This document shows, piece after piece, positions 36,109-44,914 of a stretch of 45,776 nt of DNA. The stretch comes from a bacterium (GTDB lineage: Bacteria > Patescibacteriota > Minisyncoccia > Sungbacterales > GWA2-42-14), in assembly GCA_030649305.1 (NCBI GenBank), contig JAUSFV010000020.1, forward strand, positions 1-45,776, given 5' to 3'. The translations under genes were made by a program, and so were the position numbers. The notes below the pieces were generated by a model. It searched no databases. It was given only the letters and a program-made list of their open reading frames with translations, and was not told the DNA's origin. Each line of letters starts with the position of its first letter. The stretch's first letter is position 1.

Positions 36109-36804
36109 ATGGGTTGTCGGGATGGGGGTTCTGATTTTGTTGAAGAAAAGTGCGGCGCTGGGCAATATTCCGGTACGGAACCGTGTCGTCCGCCAAAGCG
36201 CGTAATCATGGTACATGGAACAGGTTTGGCGAGAGACGGCAGTTTGGGTATGAATAAATATATACTTGATGAGGTTGTTGGGGCATGGCAGAGTGGGGTA
36301 TATGAACGCATTGTTTTGCCCGCAAACATTTGTGAAGATACGGGAGAAGGAAAGCCTCTTATGGCGACGCTCTACAGAGAATATCTTTTGAAGTGCGGTA
36401 TCCCGACGGATGCAATTCTTTTTTCTCCGGATGCCAAGTATGGCGTTGCAAGCGATACTTCAACCGAGGTAGTAATTGCTTCCCGGATGCTTGTGGCGAA
36501 TTCATGTCGGTTTGTTTCCGTTGATGCGTTCGCATTTTTTCCCCACTCATTGAAAGTAAGAAGGGTGTGGAATGCGGTTACGTATCGTAATGCTTTTCAT
36601 ACCGTTCGGTTGGTAAATGTTCACCATATAATCAAGAGACTTCCCTCGTGGTTTGACACCATCAAGTGGTGGGCTGCGGGTTTTCTTACCGCGGCAGTTG
36701 GCACGTATGATCCTTTGGGTCAGCGTTTTCCTGCAAAAGAAATTAAGAGGCGTCGGCGCGATTTGTATACGCCGAACCATCTCAAAGACAAAGTGATTTT
36801 TTAG
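36109..36804 (+). CDS. Possible DUF218/YdcF-like (SanA/ElyC family) protein
   Basis: Good RBS AGAGGAGG; a loose match to the DUF218 pattern (VIMVHGTG..., GIPTDAILFS..., DTSTE..., HSLKVRRVW); low certainty. Confidence 0.3.
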   Translation: MGCRDGGSDFVEEKCGAGQYSGTEPCRPPKRVIMVHGTGLARDGSLGMNKYILDEVVGAWQSGVYERIVLPANICEDTGEGKPLMATLYREYLLKCGIPTDAILFSPDAKYGVASDTSTEVVIASRMLVANSCRFVSVDAFAFFPHSLKVRRVWNAVTYRNAFHTVRLVNVHHIIKRLPSWFDTIKWWAAGFLTAAVGTYDPLGQRFPAKEIKRRRRDLYTPNHLKDKVIF

Positions 36805-36822
36805 GAGAGGAGGAGAGAAAAA

Positions 36823-37200
36823 ATGCATGAATGTAAGTTTCGGTCCGATTGGGTGAAGCGATTGTTTCGCTGTGAAGATGCGGGATGTGAGAAAACGACT
36901 CCGTTGATTGCGGGCGCGTTTGATTTTGATGCCGATGGAGGCGGTGTGCGTAGTGCCTCCGCGAGCACCACCCCTGATTTTAATAGTCCGGAACATAAGG
37001 CAGAATTCGCAAGACGGTTGAGGGGAGTTCGAAGAAGAAAAATATTTTGGGTAAGAATTTTCAATATCGTTTTGATTTCATTTGGCGTGGTGCTTGGTGT
37101 GTCGGTTTTGTCAGTATTATTTGGCTGGGCGTTTCATCAATTGATCAAGACTATTGTTGAGATTTATGTCGAAGTTACACAACCGGTTTTTGGTCGTTAA
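36823..37200 (+). CDS. Small hypothetical protein with a C-terminal TM helix
   Basis: Strong RBS GGAGAGGAGGAG. Confidence 0.45.
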   Translation: MHECKFRSDWVKRLFRCEDAGCEKTTPLIAGAFDFDADGGGVRSASASTTPDFNSPEHKAEFARRLRGVRRRKIFWVRIFNIVLISFGVVLGVSVLSVLFGWAFHQLIKTIVEIYVEVTQPVFGR

Positions 37201-37211
37201 ATAATATCTGG

Positions 37212-37236
37212 CCGCGATTCATTTCGCGGTTTTTTC
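37212..37236 (+). terminator. Rho-independent terminator (CCGCGA-TTCATT-TCGCGG then TTTTTTC)
   Basis: Read directly. Confidence 0.6.
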
Positions 37237-37240
37237 TTTT

Positions 37241-37284
37241 CTTACAACATTCCTACATTCTGCAGAGTGTAGGAATGTTGTAAG
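37241..37284. repeat. Palindrome family P2 copy 2: 44-nt palindrome CTTACAACATTCCTACATTCTG/CAGAGTGTAGGAATGTTGTAAG (1 mismatch) centred on CTGCAG
   Basis: Read directly; related to 33464-33501. Confidence 0.8.
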
Positions 37285-37398
37285 ATTGTTTTTGGAACGC
37301 TTGTTTGCAAGCCGGTGTTTATTTGATAGGGTGAAGATAGTCGTAGTTTTATCTATTCGTATATTTGTTTGCAATTTGTATATTCGCGATTACTCTTT

Positions 37399-38535
37399 AT
37401 GAAAATCATCGGCATTGGGTCAGACAGAACACTTTTTCAAGAGGGAAGTGAAGCGGCAGGACGCCAGCTTTTTTATAGTACGGTTACGGATGAAATGTAC
37501 ATTGTGGTATTTTCGCTGAAACGCCACGGCCTTCGCGAAAAAAAACTTTCTGAAAAAATATTTTTATATCCGACAAATTCCTTATCTCGTTGGCTATACA
37601 TTTTTGACGCCTACCGTATCGCTAAAAGAATAGTTGTCAGTTGTCAGTTATCAGTTGTCAGTTGTCGAGATTACGTTATCTCGACCCAGGACCCGTTTGA
37701 GGCAGGTCTGGTTGGCTACTTTCTAAAAAGAAAATTCAATCTTCCGCTTCAGCTTCAAATCCACACGGATTTTTTGAACCCGTATTTTATTCGCGAATCA
37801 TTGTTGAACCGCATTCGTGTTTTGCTTGCAAAATTTTTGTTGCCCCGCGCCAATTGCATCCGCGTTGTTTCGGAACGCATTCGTAATTCTCTTAAATCTA
37901 AAATCTTAAATCTTAAATCTGAAATTTTCGTCCTGCCCGCCTTCGTTGACTTTCAAAAACTCATTGACGCGCCGGTTAAGACCGACCTCCGCAAAAAATA
38001 TTCGGAGCGCTTCATTATTTTAATGGCATCGCGTCTGACGCGTGAAAAAAACATTGTATCAGTCATCGAGGCGATGCGTGAGGTCGTAAAGCAGTTTCCG
38101 AAAGCATTACTTCTTATCGTCGGTGAAGGCCCCGAGCGAAAGGCGCTTGAGCTACAAGCTACCAGCTACAATCTACAACCTAATATCGTTTTTGAACCCT
38201 GGACCGACGACCTCGCATCCTACTATAAAACCTCTGATTTGTTTCTCGTGTCCTCTTTCTATGAGGGCTACGGGCGCACTATTCTTGAAGCGCTTTCTTG
38301 CGGTCTTCCTGTGGCTTCCACGAAGGTCGGCATTGCGGAGGAGGCGATTCAGGATGGCGGAAACGGCTTTTTGATTTCTTTGCCCGATTCGCGTTCAATT
38401 GCGGATGTATTGCAAAAGGCGCTCGGCGCGCAAAGCAATGCGTTCCAAACGCGCAAAAGTGCACATGAGTCGGCTATGCGTTTTATTCTTCCCCCCGACG
38501 AGTATCTTGGGCGGCTTCGCGAAACCTTACTATAG
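37399..38535 (+). CDS. GT4 family glycosyltransferase carrying three in-frame heptamer tracts
   Basis: DVISTQDPFEAG N-domain motif and a FYEGYGRTILEALSCGLPVASTKVG...GGNGFLI C-domain; the stop TAG lies inside a P1 palindrome. Confidence 0.8.
   Translation: MKIIGIGSDRTLFQEGSEAAGRQLFYSTVTDEMYIVVFSLKRHGLREKKLSEKIFLYPTNSLSRWLYIFDAYRIAKRIVVSCQLSVVSCRDYVISTQDPFEAGLVGYFLKRKFNLPLQLQIHTDFLNPYFIRESLLNRIRVLLAKFLLPRANCIRVVSERIRNSLKSKILNLKSEIFVLPAFVDFQKLIDAPVKTDLRKKYSERFIILMASRLTREKNIVSVIEAMREVVKQFPKALLLIVGEGPERKALELQATSYNLQPNIVFEPWTDDLASYYKTSDLFLVSSFYEGYGRTILEALSCGLPVASTKVGIAEEAIQDGGNGFLISLPDSRSIADVLQKALGAQSNAFQTRKSAHESAMRFILPPDEYLGRLRETLL
37631..37665. repeat. Heptamer tract (AGTTGTC)x5 in-frame (encodes [12 protein letters not shown])
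   Basis: Read directly; same unit as at 4355-4380. Confidence 0.75.
37888..37927. repeat. Heptamer tract (TCTTAAA-like)x5 in-frame (encodes SLKSKILNLKSEI)
   Basis: Read directly. Confidence 0.7.
38151..38185. repeat. Heptamer tract (GCTACAA GCTACCA GCTACAA TCTACAA CCTAATA) in-frame (encodes LQATSYNLQPN)
   Basis: Read directly. Confidence 0.65.
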
Positions 38536-38559
38536 AGGCTTTTAGCCTCTATAGTAAGG
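38525..38559. repeat. Palindrome family P1 copy 4: CCTTACTATAGAGGC-TTTTA-GCCTCTATAGTAAGG (15-bp arms) overlapping the GT4 stop codon
   Basis: Read directly. Confidence 0.75.
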
Positions 38560-38596
38560 TTTGCTAAAAATTATCAATCGTGGTATTGTATCTCCG

Positions 38597-41008
38597 ATGT
38601 TTCCTTTTGCACGAAAAACAAAAATACGGATGTTTTTGATAGCGCTTTTTTTATTTGTGCTCCTTTTGGGGGGGATGTTTTCGGTACTCCGTTTTTCATC
38701 CAACGCGCGATATGCTCTCCTACGCAATGATTTTTTGCAGAATTTTTTGCATACCTACCGCTCGTTCAGCCGCATGTCCAATATTCTTTTTTTGCCGTAT
38801 TGGTTCGCATCAAGTGGCCTTCCGCAATATGAGCTGGTGCTTGACCCAAAAGACCTCATCCGCCTAAACGAACATCTTCCGCAGGACCCGATTGACGGGC
38901 AAAAGCTTGAAGACGACCAATTTGACATAAAAGGATATTTCATCGCGAGTGATTACGGGGGCGCGGTAAAGGTGCGCTATCGGGGGAAGAGTGCCAATCA
39001 TTGGAACGCGGAACAGCGTTCATTCCGGGTTGAATTTCCGAAAGAGAATTTGTTCCGCGGCATGCGCGTTTTGTCGCTGGTTATTCCGTATGACCGGCAA
39101 TATTTTGTTGAGCCGCTCAATATGTACCGCGCGGAAAAGCTCGGGCTTCGCGCGCCCGAAATGTCGTTCGTGGAAATTAAGCTGCAGGGCAAATCAAGTG
39201 GTGGGGTATATCTCGCGTTTGAGGGATTTAGCAAGGAATGGCTTGATAAAAATGAGGGGACGGATGAGTTTTCTCTTTTTACGGTGCGAGACGATACGCG
39301 GCAAGATCCCGATACAAATCCGCCCCCGCTTTTTTCGGAAGAAGGGATAGCGCGATGGCAGCTTTCCAATCGGAAAGATGTTTTTGCCGAAGATTCCGAA
39401 GAATTAACCGCGCTGCGCGATCTTTTGGTAAAAGCAAATGACGCGGAATTTGAGCGGCTCGCTCCATATCTTATTAACCTTGACCAGTTTTACGGATGGG
39501 AGATGCTGAATATTCTTGCCGCCTCAGCTCATCAGGATGACTATTGGAATCTCGTGATGGTGTTTAACAGCGTTACCGGCCGGTTTGAATTTATTCCGTG
39601 GGATGTGGATACCGACTTGGATTCGGATTATATAGACCAGTTTTTGCGCGAGCCGACGACGCTTGTCGCAAAACGGATTCTTTCTGTTCCTGCGTTCCGG
39701 CAGGAATTTACCAAGCGTCTTGCCGCGTATGTGAACGACCAGAAGAATCTTGAAGATGACGTCCGTTTTTATAATGACTTGTTCCAAAAAACGCGTGTCG
39801 GATTTTATAAAGATAACGCAAAATTCTTTTCAACGCTTGAATTTCGGTCGCAGGTACAAGAATACCGTGATGCTCTTATTGCGCATTTTGAACGGACTCG
39901 TGGGGTGCTCGCGCGGGGTGAGGGAGGGGAGTACCGTTTCGTCCGCGACGAAACACCCAAGTCGATTTTCGGAGGAAGTTTTTCGGAATTTGAACGTCTG
40001 TCTGTGACAGTGGGCGAGTTTCTTTCCCGTCATCCGCAGTTTTATTTGTCGGACGCCAGTACCCTTTCATTGGGTCCCGGTGTCTATTCTTTTAGGGAAT
40101 CGGTATTGATTCCCGCGGGTTTTCGTGTAGTCATTCAGCCGGGAACTGATATTTATCTCGGGGGAGAAGTTTCCTTTGTCTCGTGGAGCCCGGTTGAGGC
40201 GCGGGGAGAGGAATATACTCCGATCCGGGTGCGTCGATTTTCTCTGCAAAAGCCCTTCGGCGTATTTGCGGTGGTGAATACGGGTGGGCAAAAAAATTAT
40301 TTCACCCATTTTGATATTGAGGGTGGGTTTCAGGCTCGTATAAACGGCATGGTCCTTAAGGGGCAGATGTCGGTGCATAACTCCGATGTGGAAATCCGTC
40401 ATTCGCGTTTTGCGGGTGCTTCAGCTGATGACGCAATCAATGTTGTGTACCGCGATGTTTTGATTGCCGATTCTTTTTTTGAGAATAATACTTCCGATAA
40501 TATTGACCTTGATTTTGTGCGGGGGGCGGTTTTGAATTCCGTATTTCGGAATCCGGAGGGCGGTTCAAACGGTGATGCGCTTGATCTTTCGGGTAGCCGT
40601 GTTGAAATCGTGGGCAACACAATTGAGGGCTGCGGCGATAAGGGGTTGAGCATCGGCGAGCATTCGTTTGCGCGGGTGCGCAGAAATACCGTTGTCGGAT
40701 GCGCCATCGGCGTGGCAGTGAAAGATTTATCTGAAGCATTTTTTGTCCATAATACGTTTCTTTTCAACAAAACCGCGATTGAGGCATATCAGAAAAAATC
40801 GGTTTTCGGCGGCGGTACTATTTGGATGAGTGATTCGGTTGTGTGGGGGAATGAAAAAGACACGGATATTGCTTCCGGCTCATCGCTTTTTGCGCAACAA
40901 AGTACCACGGAGCGCGGTCTTGCGGGGCGGGGAAATACTTCTCAAAAACCTGATTTTCGGCAGTTGCTGCCGGCGAGTATCTATGAGGCGATAAAAGATA
41001 GATTGTAG
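38597..41008 (+). CDS. CotH-like domain protein with an N-terminal TM anchor and a C-terminal right-handed beta-helix repeat region
   Basis: The CotH-like core is assigned by pattern resemblance only, around 38995-39230. The C-terminal NxxDxI/G repeats (NSDVEIRHS..., NNTSDNIDLD..., GNTIEGCGDKGLSIG...) are typical of parallel beta-helices. The start could be TTG 38561, ATG 38597 or ATG 38630. Confidence 0.55.
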   Translation: MFPFARKTKIRMFLIALFLFVLLLGGMFSVLRFSSNARYALLRNDFLQNFLHTYRSFSRMSNILFLPYWFASSGLPQYELVLDPKDLIRLNEHLPQDPIDGQKLEDDQFDIKGYFIASDYGGAVKVRYRGKSANHWNAEQRSFRVEFPKENLFRGMRVLSLVIPYDRQYFVEPLNMYRAEKLGLRAPEMSFVEIKLQGKSSGGVYLAFEGFSKEWLDKNEGTDEFSLFTVRDDTRQDPDTNPPPLFSEEGIARWQLSNRKDVFAEDSEELTALRDLLVKANDAEFERLAPYLINLDQFYGWEMLNILAASAHQDDYWNLVMVFNSVTGRFEFIPWDVDTDLDSDYIDQFLREPTTLVAKRILSVPAFRQEFTKRLAAYVNDQKNLEDDVRFYNDLFQKTRVGFYKDNAKFFSTLEFRSQVQEYRDALIAHFERTRGVLARGEGGEYRFVRDETPKSIFGGSFSEFERLSVTVGEFLSRHPQFYLSDASTLSLGPGVYSFRESVLIPAGFRVVIQPGTDIYLGGEVSFVSWSPVEARGEEYTPIRVRRFSLQKPFGVFAVVNTGGQKNYFTHFDIEGGFQARINGMVLKGQMSVHNSDVEIRHSRFAGASADDAINVVYRDVLIADSFFENNTSDNIDLDFVRGAVLNSVFRNPEGGSNGDALDLSGSRVEIVGNTIEGCGDKGLSIGEHSFARVRRNTVVGCAIGVAVKDLSEAFFVHNTFLFNKTAIEAYQKKSVFGGGTIWMSDSVVWGNEKDTDIASGSSLFAQQSTTERGLAGRGNTSQKPDFRQLLPASIYEAIKDRL

Positions 41009-41101
41009 AAGCCATGCTTACGCCATCGGCTACGCCAGTAATACGCCAATAGCGTTTATTGTGGCGTATCATAATGGCGTTTCTTGTGGCTTCTATGTCA
41101 C

Positions 41102-41839
41102 ATGGAACAAAAACCCTTTCGTTTTGAATTCAAATATGTGATTGACCCCCTGACGGCCCGGCTTGTTGAGCTGGATGTGTTGCGTTTCGGCATGACAAAA
41201 GATCCCGAAGTTCCCGCGGGGCAGGAGGAGTATGTCGTTTCCAGTTTGTATTTTGACTCACTATTACTCGGTGATTATTACGATAAGGCGGGCGGATTTC
41301 CGCATCGCAAAAAAATCCGCGCTCGGATGTATGATACGATCTTTTCAAAAGCAACGCCTCATGTCTGGTTTGAAATAAAGGAGAAGCACGATATGGCGAT
41401 CGGAAAAAAACGTCTCAAGCTTACCAATGAACAATGGTGTAGAATTTCAGGGGGCGAATTGATTGACCCCGCGAAAGAAGGGTGGAGTGATACGCACCGG
41501 AGCGTATGGAATGAAATACGCTGGTATACTGCCCTTGAGGGAAGAAAGCCCATGGTGTTTGTGCGGTATGTCCGGAAACCCTATGTTACGCGTTTTTTAT
41601 CCGATATTCGTGTAACATTTGATTCAAATATAGAAGCTTGCAAAAGTGATAATTTGTTGTATGCTGATGGAATGGTGCCGATTGCGGAACGAAGCGTTAT
41701 TTTGGAGGTGAAATATTCAAAAGCATTGCCGTATTGGTGGGGGGAAATTGTGCGAAAACACAATTTATCCCGCACGTCGTTTTCAAAATATGCCGAAGGG
41801 ATTAATGCGGCATACCGGTATCACGCGTTACCTCGCTAA
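41102..41839 (+). CDS. VTC-domain (CYTH-like polyphosphate polymerase domain) protein
   Basis: EFKYVID...YVVSSLYFDS...RARMYD...FEIKEKH pattern of PF09359. Confidence 0.65.
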   Translation: MEQKPFRFEFKYVIDPLTARLVELDVLRFGMTKDPEVPAGQEEYVVSSLYFDSLLLGDYYDKAGGFPHRKKIRARMYDTIFSKATPHVWFEIKEKHDMAIGKKRLKLTNEQWCRISGGELIDPAKEGWSDTHRSVWNEIRWYTALEGRKPMVFVRYVRKPYVTRFLSDIRVTFDSNIEACKSDNLLYADGMVPIAERSVILEVKYSKALPYWWGEIVRKHNLSRTSFSKYAEGINAAYRYHALPR

Positions 41840-41920
41840 CAGACGCAAACAGAAAGCGAACAGCCGCTAACAGCCCGTGCTGTTCGTGCCTGTTCGTCGC
41901 TGTTCGTGGCTGTTCGTGTA
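41835..41920. repeat. 86-nt periodic inverted repeat: four AACAG units (41838, 41848, 41859, 41869) then four CTGTT units (41880, 41890, 41900, 41910) at 10-11-nt spacing
   Basis: Read directly; starts in the VTC stop codon and ends 3 nt before the DUF4956 ATG. Confidence 0.8.
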
Positions 41921-41923
41921 TTT

Positions 41924-42607
41924 ATGAATGGACTAACCAACTTTTTCAATTTCACGCCAACCGAGCTTTCCAGCGCGGTTATTGTGTTTAACATACTTTT
42001 CTCATTTCTCCTGCAGCTTGTGATTGTGTGGACATATCACAAGACCCACAAGGGTTTTTCCTATTCGCAGTCCTTTATTTTTACGGTGGTGATGATCGGG
42101 GTGCTCGCAACGGTGGTTATGATGGTGGTGGCGAATAACCTTATCGGCGCATTTGGGCTTTTGGGTGCTTTTTCTTTGATCCGGTTCCGTACGATTGTAA
42201 AAGAAACAAAGGATGTTGGTTTCGTTTTTTTTGCGCTTGCCATCGGTGTTGCCGTCGGAACAAACAATTACGCAATTGCGCTTATCGCAACTACCCTTCT
42301 TTGCTTGATGATCTTCGGGATGTTCCGGTATAACATCGGGGCGGGGTCGAAAATTGGGTATCTCCTGATGTTTCATGCCGAGCCCGCGTTTCGTCTTGTT
42401 TCGCTTGATGCTTCGTTTGCAGAGCATCTTACGTCATCAGAGCTTTTACATGCAAAGCAACATCCGCATGCGAATACGAACGAGTATGCGTTTGCTATTC
42501 GTTTCCGGGATGAACAAAGAATGGAAAAATTTTTGGACGCGATTCGTGGCCTTTCGGGCGTATCGCGTGTGGAGCTCATAACCGGGAAACACTCGATTGA
42601 ATACTAA
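41924..42607 (+). CDS. DUF4956-like polytopic membrane protein
   Basis: Four hydrophobic helices then a soluble C-terminal domain; conserved pairing with a VTC-domain protein; ATG 41924 is preferred over the caller's GTG 41906. Confidence 0.6.
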   Translation: MNGLTNFFNFTPTELSSAVIVFNILFSFLLQLVIVWTYHKTHKGFSYSQSFIFTVVMIGVLATVVMMVVANNLIGAFGLLGAFSLIRFRTIVKETKDVGFVFFALAIGVAVGTNNYAIALIATTLLCLMIFGMFRYNIGAGSKIGYLLMFHAEPAFRLVSLDASFAEHLTSSELLHAKQHPHANTNEYAFAIRFRDEQRMEKFLDAIRGLSGVSRVELITGKHSIEY

Positions 42608-42609
42608 TT

Positions 42610-43383
42610 GTGGAAGAAAAAATTTTTATCAACAATCGTAGGGGGCAGAAAATTTCCGTTTTGATTGAAAAATCAGAGAATCAGCGCGGCCTTGTTTTTG
42701 TAATGCATGGCCTCGGCGGTTTCAAAGAACAGCCGCATATTCTGCTCTACGCAAAGGCTTTTTTTGAAAACGATTATACCGTCGTGCGTTTCGATACCAC
42801 AAATAGTATCGGAGAAAGTGGCGGTGCCTACGAGGATGCAACGGCCACCAATTATTACGAAGATTTGGAAGATGTTATCGAATGGACTGAATCGCAGTCG
42901 TGGTATCAGGAACCGTTTTGTCTTGCGAGTCATAGTCTCGGAGGAATGTGTATCGCGCTTTATGCGGAGCGGTATCCCGAAAAGGTAAAAGCGCTTGCGC
43001 CTACGTCAACTGTTGTTTCCGGAAAATTAAGTATGGATACTCATGCGTATCGGGATGATGTTAGAGAATGGAAAAAAACGGGTTGGCTCGTACAGCCGAG
43101 TACTTCCAAACCGGGAGTTATCAAGCGCTTGAAATGGTCGCACATGGAAGATCGCTTGAAATACGATCTTGTGCCCAATGTTCATACATTAACCATGCCA
43201 GTTTTGCTTATCGTTGGTGAGGAAGATCTCAGCACGCCCCCGGAACATCAGCGCTTATTATATGAGAATCTTCCCGGACGAAAAGAACTGCACATCATTG
43301 CGGGAGCACGGCATACATTTCGGGAGAAACGGCACTTAGAGGAAGTTAGTAAGATATTTAACCAGTGGATAAAAAGTTTATGA
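42610..43383 (+). CDS. Alpha/beta-hydrolase fold protein
   Basis: Nucleophile elbow SHSLGG, HGLGG oxyanion region, and a C-terminal His in GARHTF; GTG start 3 nt after the previous stop. Confidence 0.75.
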   Translation: MEEKIFINNRRGQKISVLIEKSENQRGLVFVMHGLGGFKEQPHILLYAKAFFENDYTVVRFDTTNSIGESGGAYEDATATNYYEDLEDVIEWTESQSWYQEPFCLASHSLGGMCIALYAERYPEKVKALAPTSTVVSGKLSMDTHAYRDDVREWKKTGWLVQPSTSKPGVIKRLKWSHMEDRLKYDLVPNVHTLTMPVLLIVGEEDLSTPPEHQRLLYENLPGRKELHIIAGARHTFREKRHLEEVSKIFNQWIKSL

Positions 43384-44792
43384 AAGATCCTGTTATAATA
43401 ATTGGAGCCGGACCCGCCGGGCTTACGGCGGCCTACGAACTCGCAAAACGAAAAACTCACTCAGTTCTACTTGAGAAGGATACGATGGTCGGCGGTATTG
43501 CGCGCACTGCGCAATACAAGGGATACCGTTTTGACATCGGTGGACACCGTTTTTTTACGAAGGTGGACCGGGTGATGGATATGTGGAAGGAGGTCCTGGG
43601 GACCGATTTTTTGCGCCGTCCGCGCCTCTCGCATATTTATTATAAAAAAAAGTTTTTTTCGTATCCCATCAAACCTTTTGACGTGGTGAAAAAACTCGGA
43701 GCCTATGAAACCGCTCTTGCGGGATTCAGTTTTCTGAACGCGCGCTTGAATCCGCGTGTCCGAGAAGAATCGTTTGAAGATTATATCATCAATAATTTCG
43801 GAGAGCGCCTGTATCGCACATTTTTCAAATCATACACTGAGAAGGTGTGGGGGATTCCCTGTACAGAAATTCGCGCCGAATGGGCGGCACAGCGCATCAA
43901 GGGACTTTCATTTACTTCGCTCGTGCAGGCGGCACTATTCGGGAACCGCGGCAATAAAATAAAAACCCTTATTGAAGAATTTCATTATCCGCGTTTCGGG
44001 CCTGGCATGATGTGGGAGAAAACAAAAGAACTTGTTGAGCAATCGGGGTACGGGAAAGTGCGTTTCGGCATTCGGGTTGAGGCGATTTTGCATGACGGCA
44101 CAAAAATTACGGGAGTGCGCATTAAAGATGAAAAGGGGAAAGAGGAAGTAATTAAAGGAAGCACTCTTGTGTCTAGTATGCCGATCGGCGAGCTTTTGCA
44201 TCGCATGGAGCCTGCTGTTTCTCGGGAAGCGCGTGATGCCGCAGACGGCCTGCATTATCGCGATTTTATTACGGTAGCCCTTGTGGTTAACCGCGAGCAC
44301 ATGTTTCCCGATAATTGGATTTACGTGCATGAGCCGGGTGTGCAGGTGGGGCGTATTCAGAATTTTAAGAATTGGTCGCCCGAGATGGTGGGGGACTCTA
44401 AAAAAACATGCCTTGGTTTGGAGTATTTCTGTTTTACGAGCGACCCCATTTGGAGCATGAAAGATGAGGATTTGGTTCGGTTAGGGGCGGAGGAGCTTGA
44501 AAAAATCGGCCTTGCGAAGAAAGATGAGGTTTTGGATGGCGCGGTTGTGCGGATGGAGAAAACATATCCCGTGTATGATGCCGCATACGAGCGCGCGATG
44601 CCCGTGATCAAAGAGGCCGTTGGAAAATTCAGTAATTTATATCCGGTTGGCAGGAACGGCATGCATAAATATAATAATCAGGACCACGCGATGTATACGG
44701 CAATGTTATCAGTAGAAAATATGTTTGGGGCAAAGCACGATATTTGGGATGTAAATGTGGAAAGAGTGTATCATGAGGAAAAAGAAGTTTAA
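43365..44792 (+). CDS. FAD/NAD(P)-binding oxidoreductase (amine-oxidase / HemY-like fold)
   Basis: N-terminal Rossmann motif [16 protein letters not shown] and GGHRFF; the start may be ATG 43380, which overlaps the previous stop (ATGA). Confidence 0.75.
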   Translation: MDKKFMKDPVIIIGAGPAGLTAAYELAKRKTHSVLLEKDTMVGGIARTAQYKGYRFDIGGHRFFTKVDRVMDMWKEVLGTDFLRRPRLSHIYYKKKFFSYPIKPFDVVKKLGAYETALAGFSFLNARLNPRVREESFEDYIINNFGERLYRTFFKSYTEKVWGIPCTEIRAEWAAQRIKGLSFTSLVQAALFGNRGNKIKTLIEEFHYPRFGPGMMWEKTKELVEQSGYGKVRFGIRVEAILHDGTKITGVRIKDEKGKEEVIKGSTLVSSMPIGELLHRMEPAVSREARDAADGLHYRDFITVALVVNREHMFPDNWIYVHEPGVQVGRIQNFKNWSPEMVGDSKKTCLGLEYFCFTSDPIWSMKDEDLVRLGAEELEKIGLAKKDEVLDGAVVRMEKTYPVYDAAYERAMPVIKEAVGKFSNLYPVGRNGMHKYNNQDHAMYTAMLSVENMFGAKHDIWDVNVERVYHEEKEV

Positions 44793-44844
44793 GCGCACGA
44801 AGTATAATTGAATTTCATAAGGCAATTTGATATATTGGGTTTAT

Positions 44845-44883
44845 ATAAAAAATAAATGACCACGACGTTGAATCGCCGTGGTC
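44845..44883 (-). terminator. Minus-strand terminator (GACCACGACG-TTGAAT-CGCCGTGGTC preceded on the plus strand by an A-run)
   Basis: Read directly downstream of the 44915-45313 minus-strand gene. Confidence 0.55.
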
Positions 44884-44914
44884 CGGATTGATCTGCCGCA
44901 GGAAGCGGTATGCG

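Noticed and set aside
4310-38185. Heptamer and 10-mer tandem repeats as a CRISPR array
   Set aside because: Units are 7-14 nt, directly tandem without spacers, and partly in-frame inside genes. No cas genes were seen.
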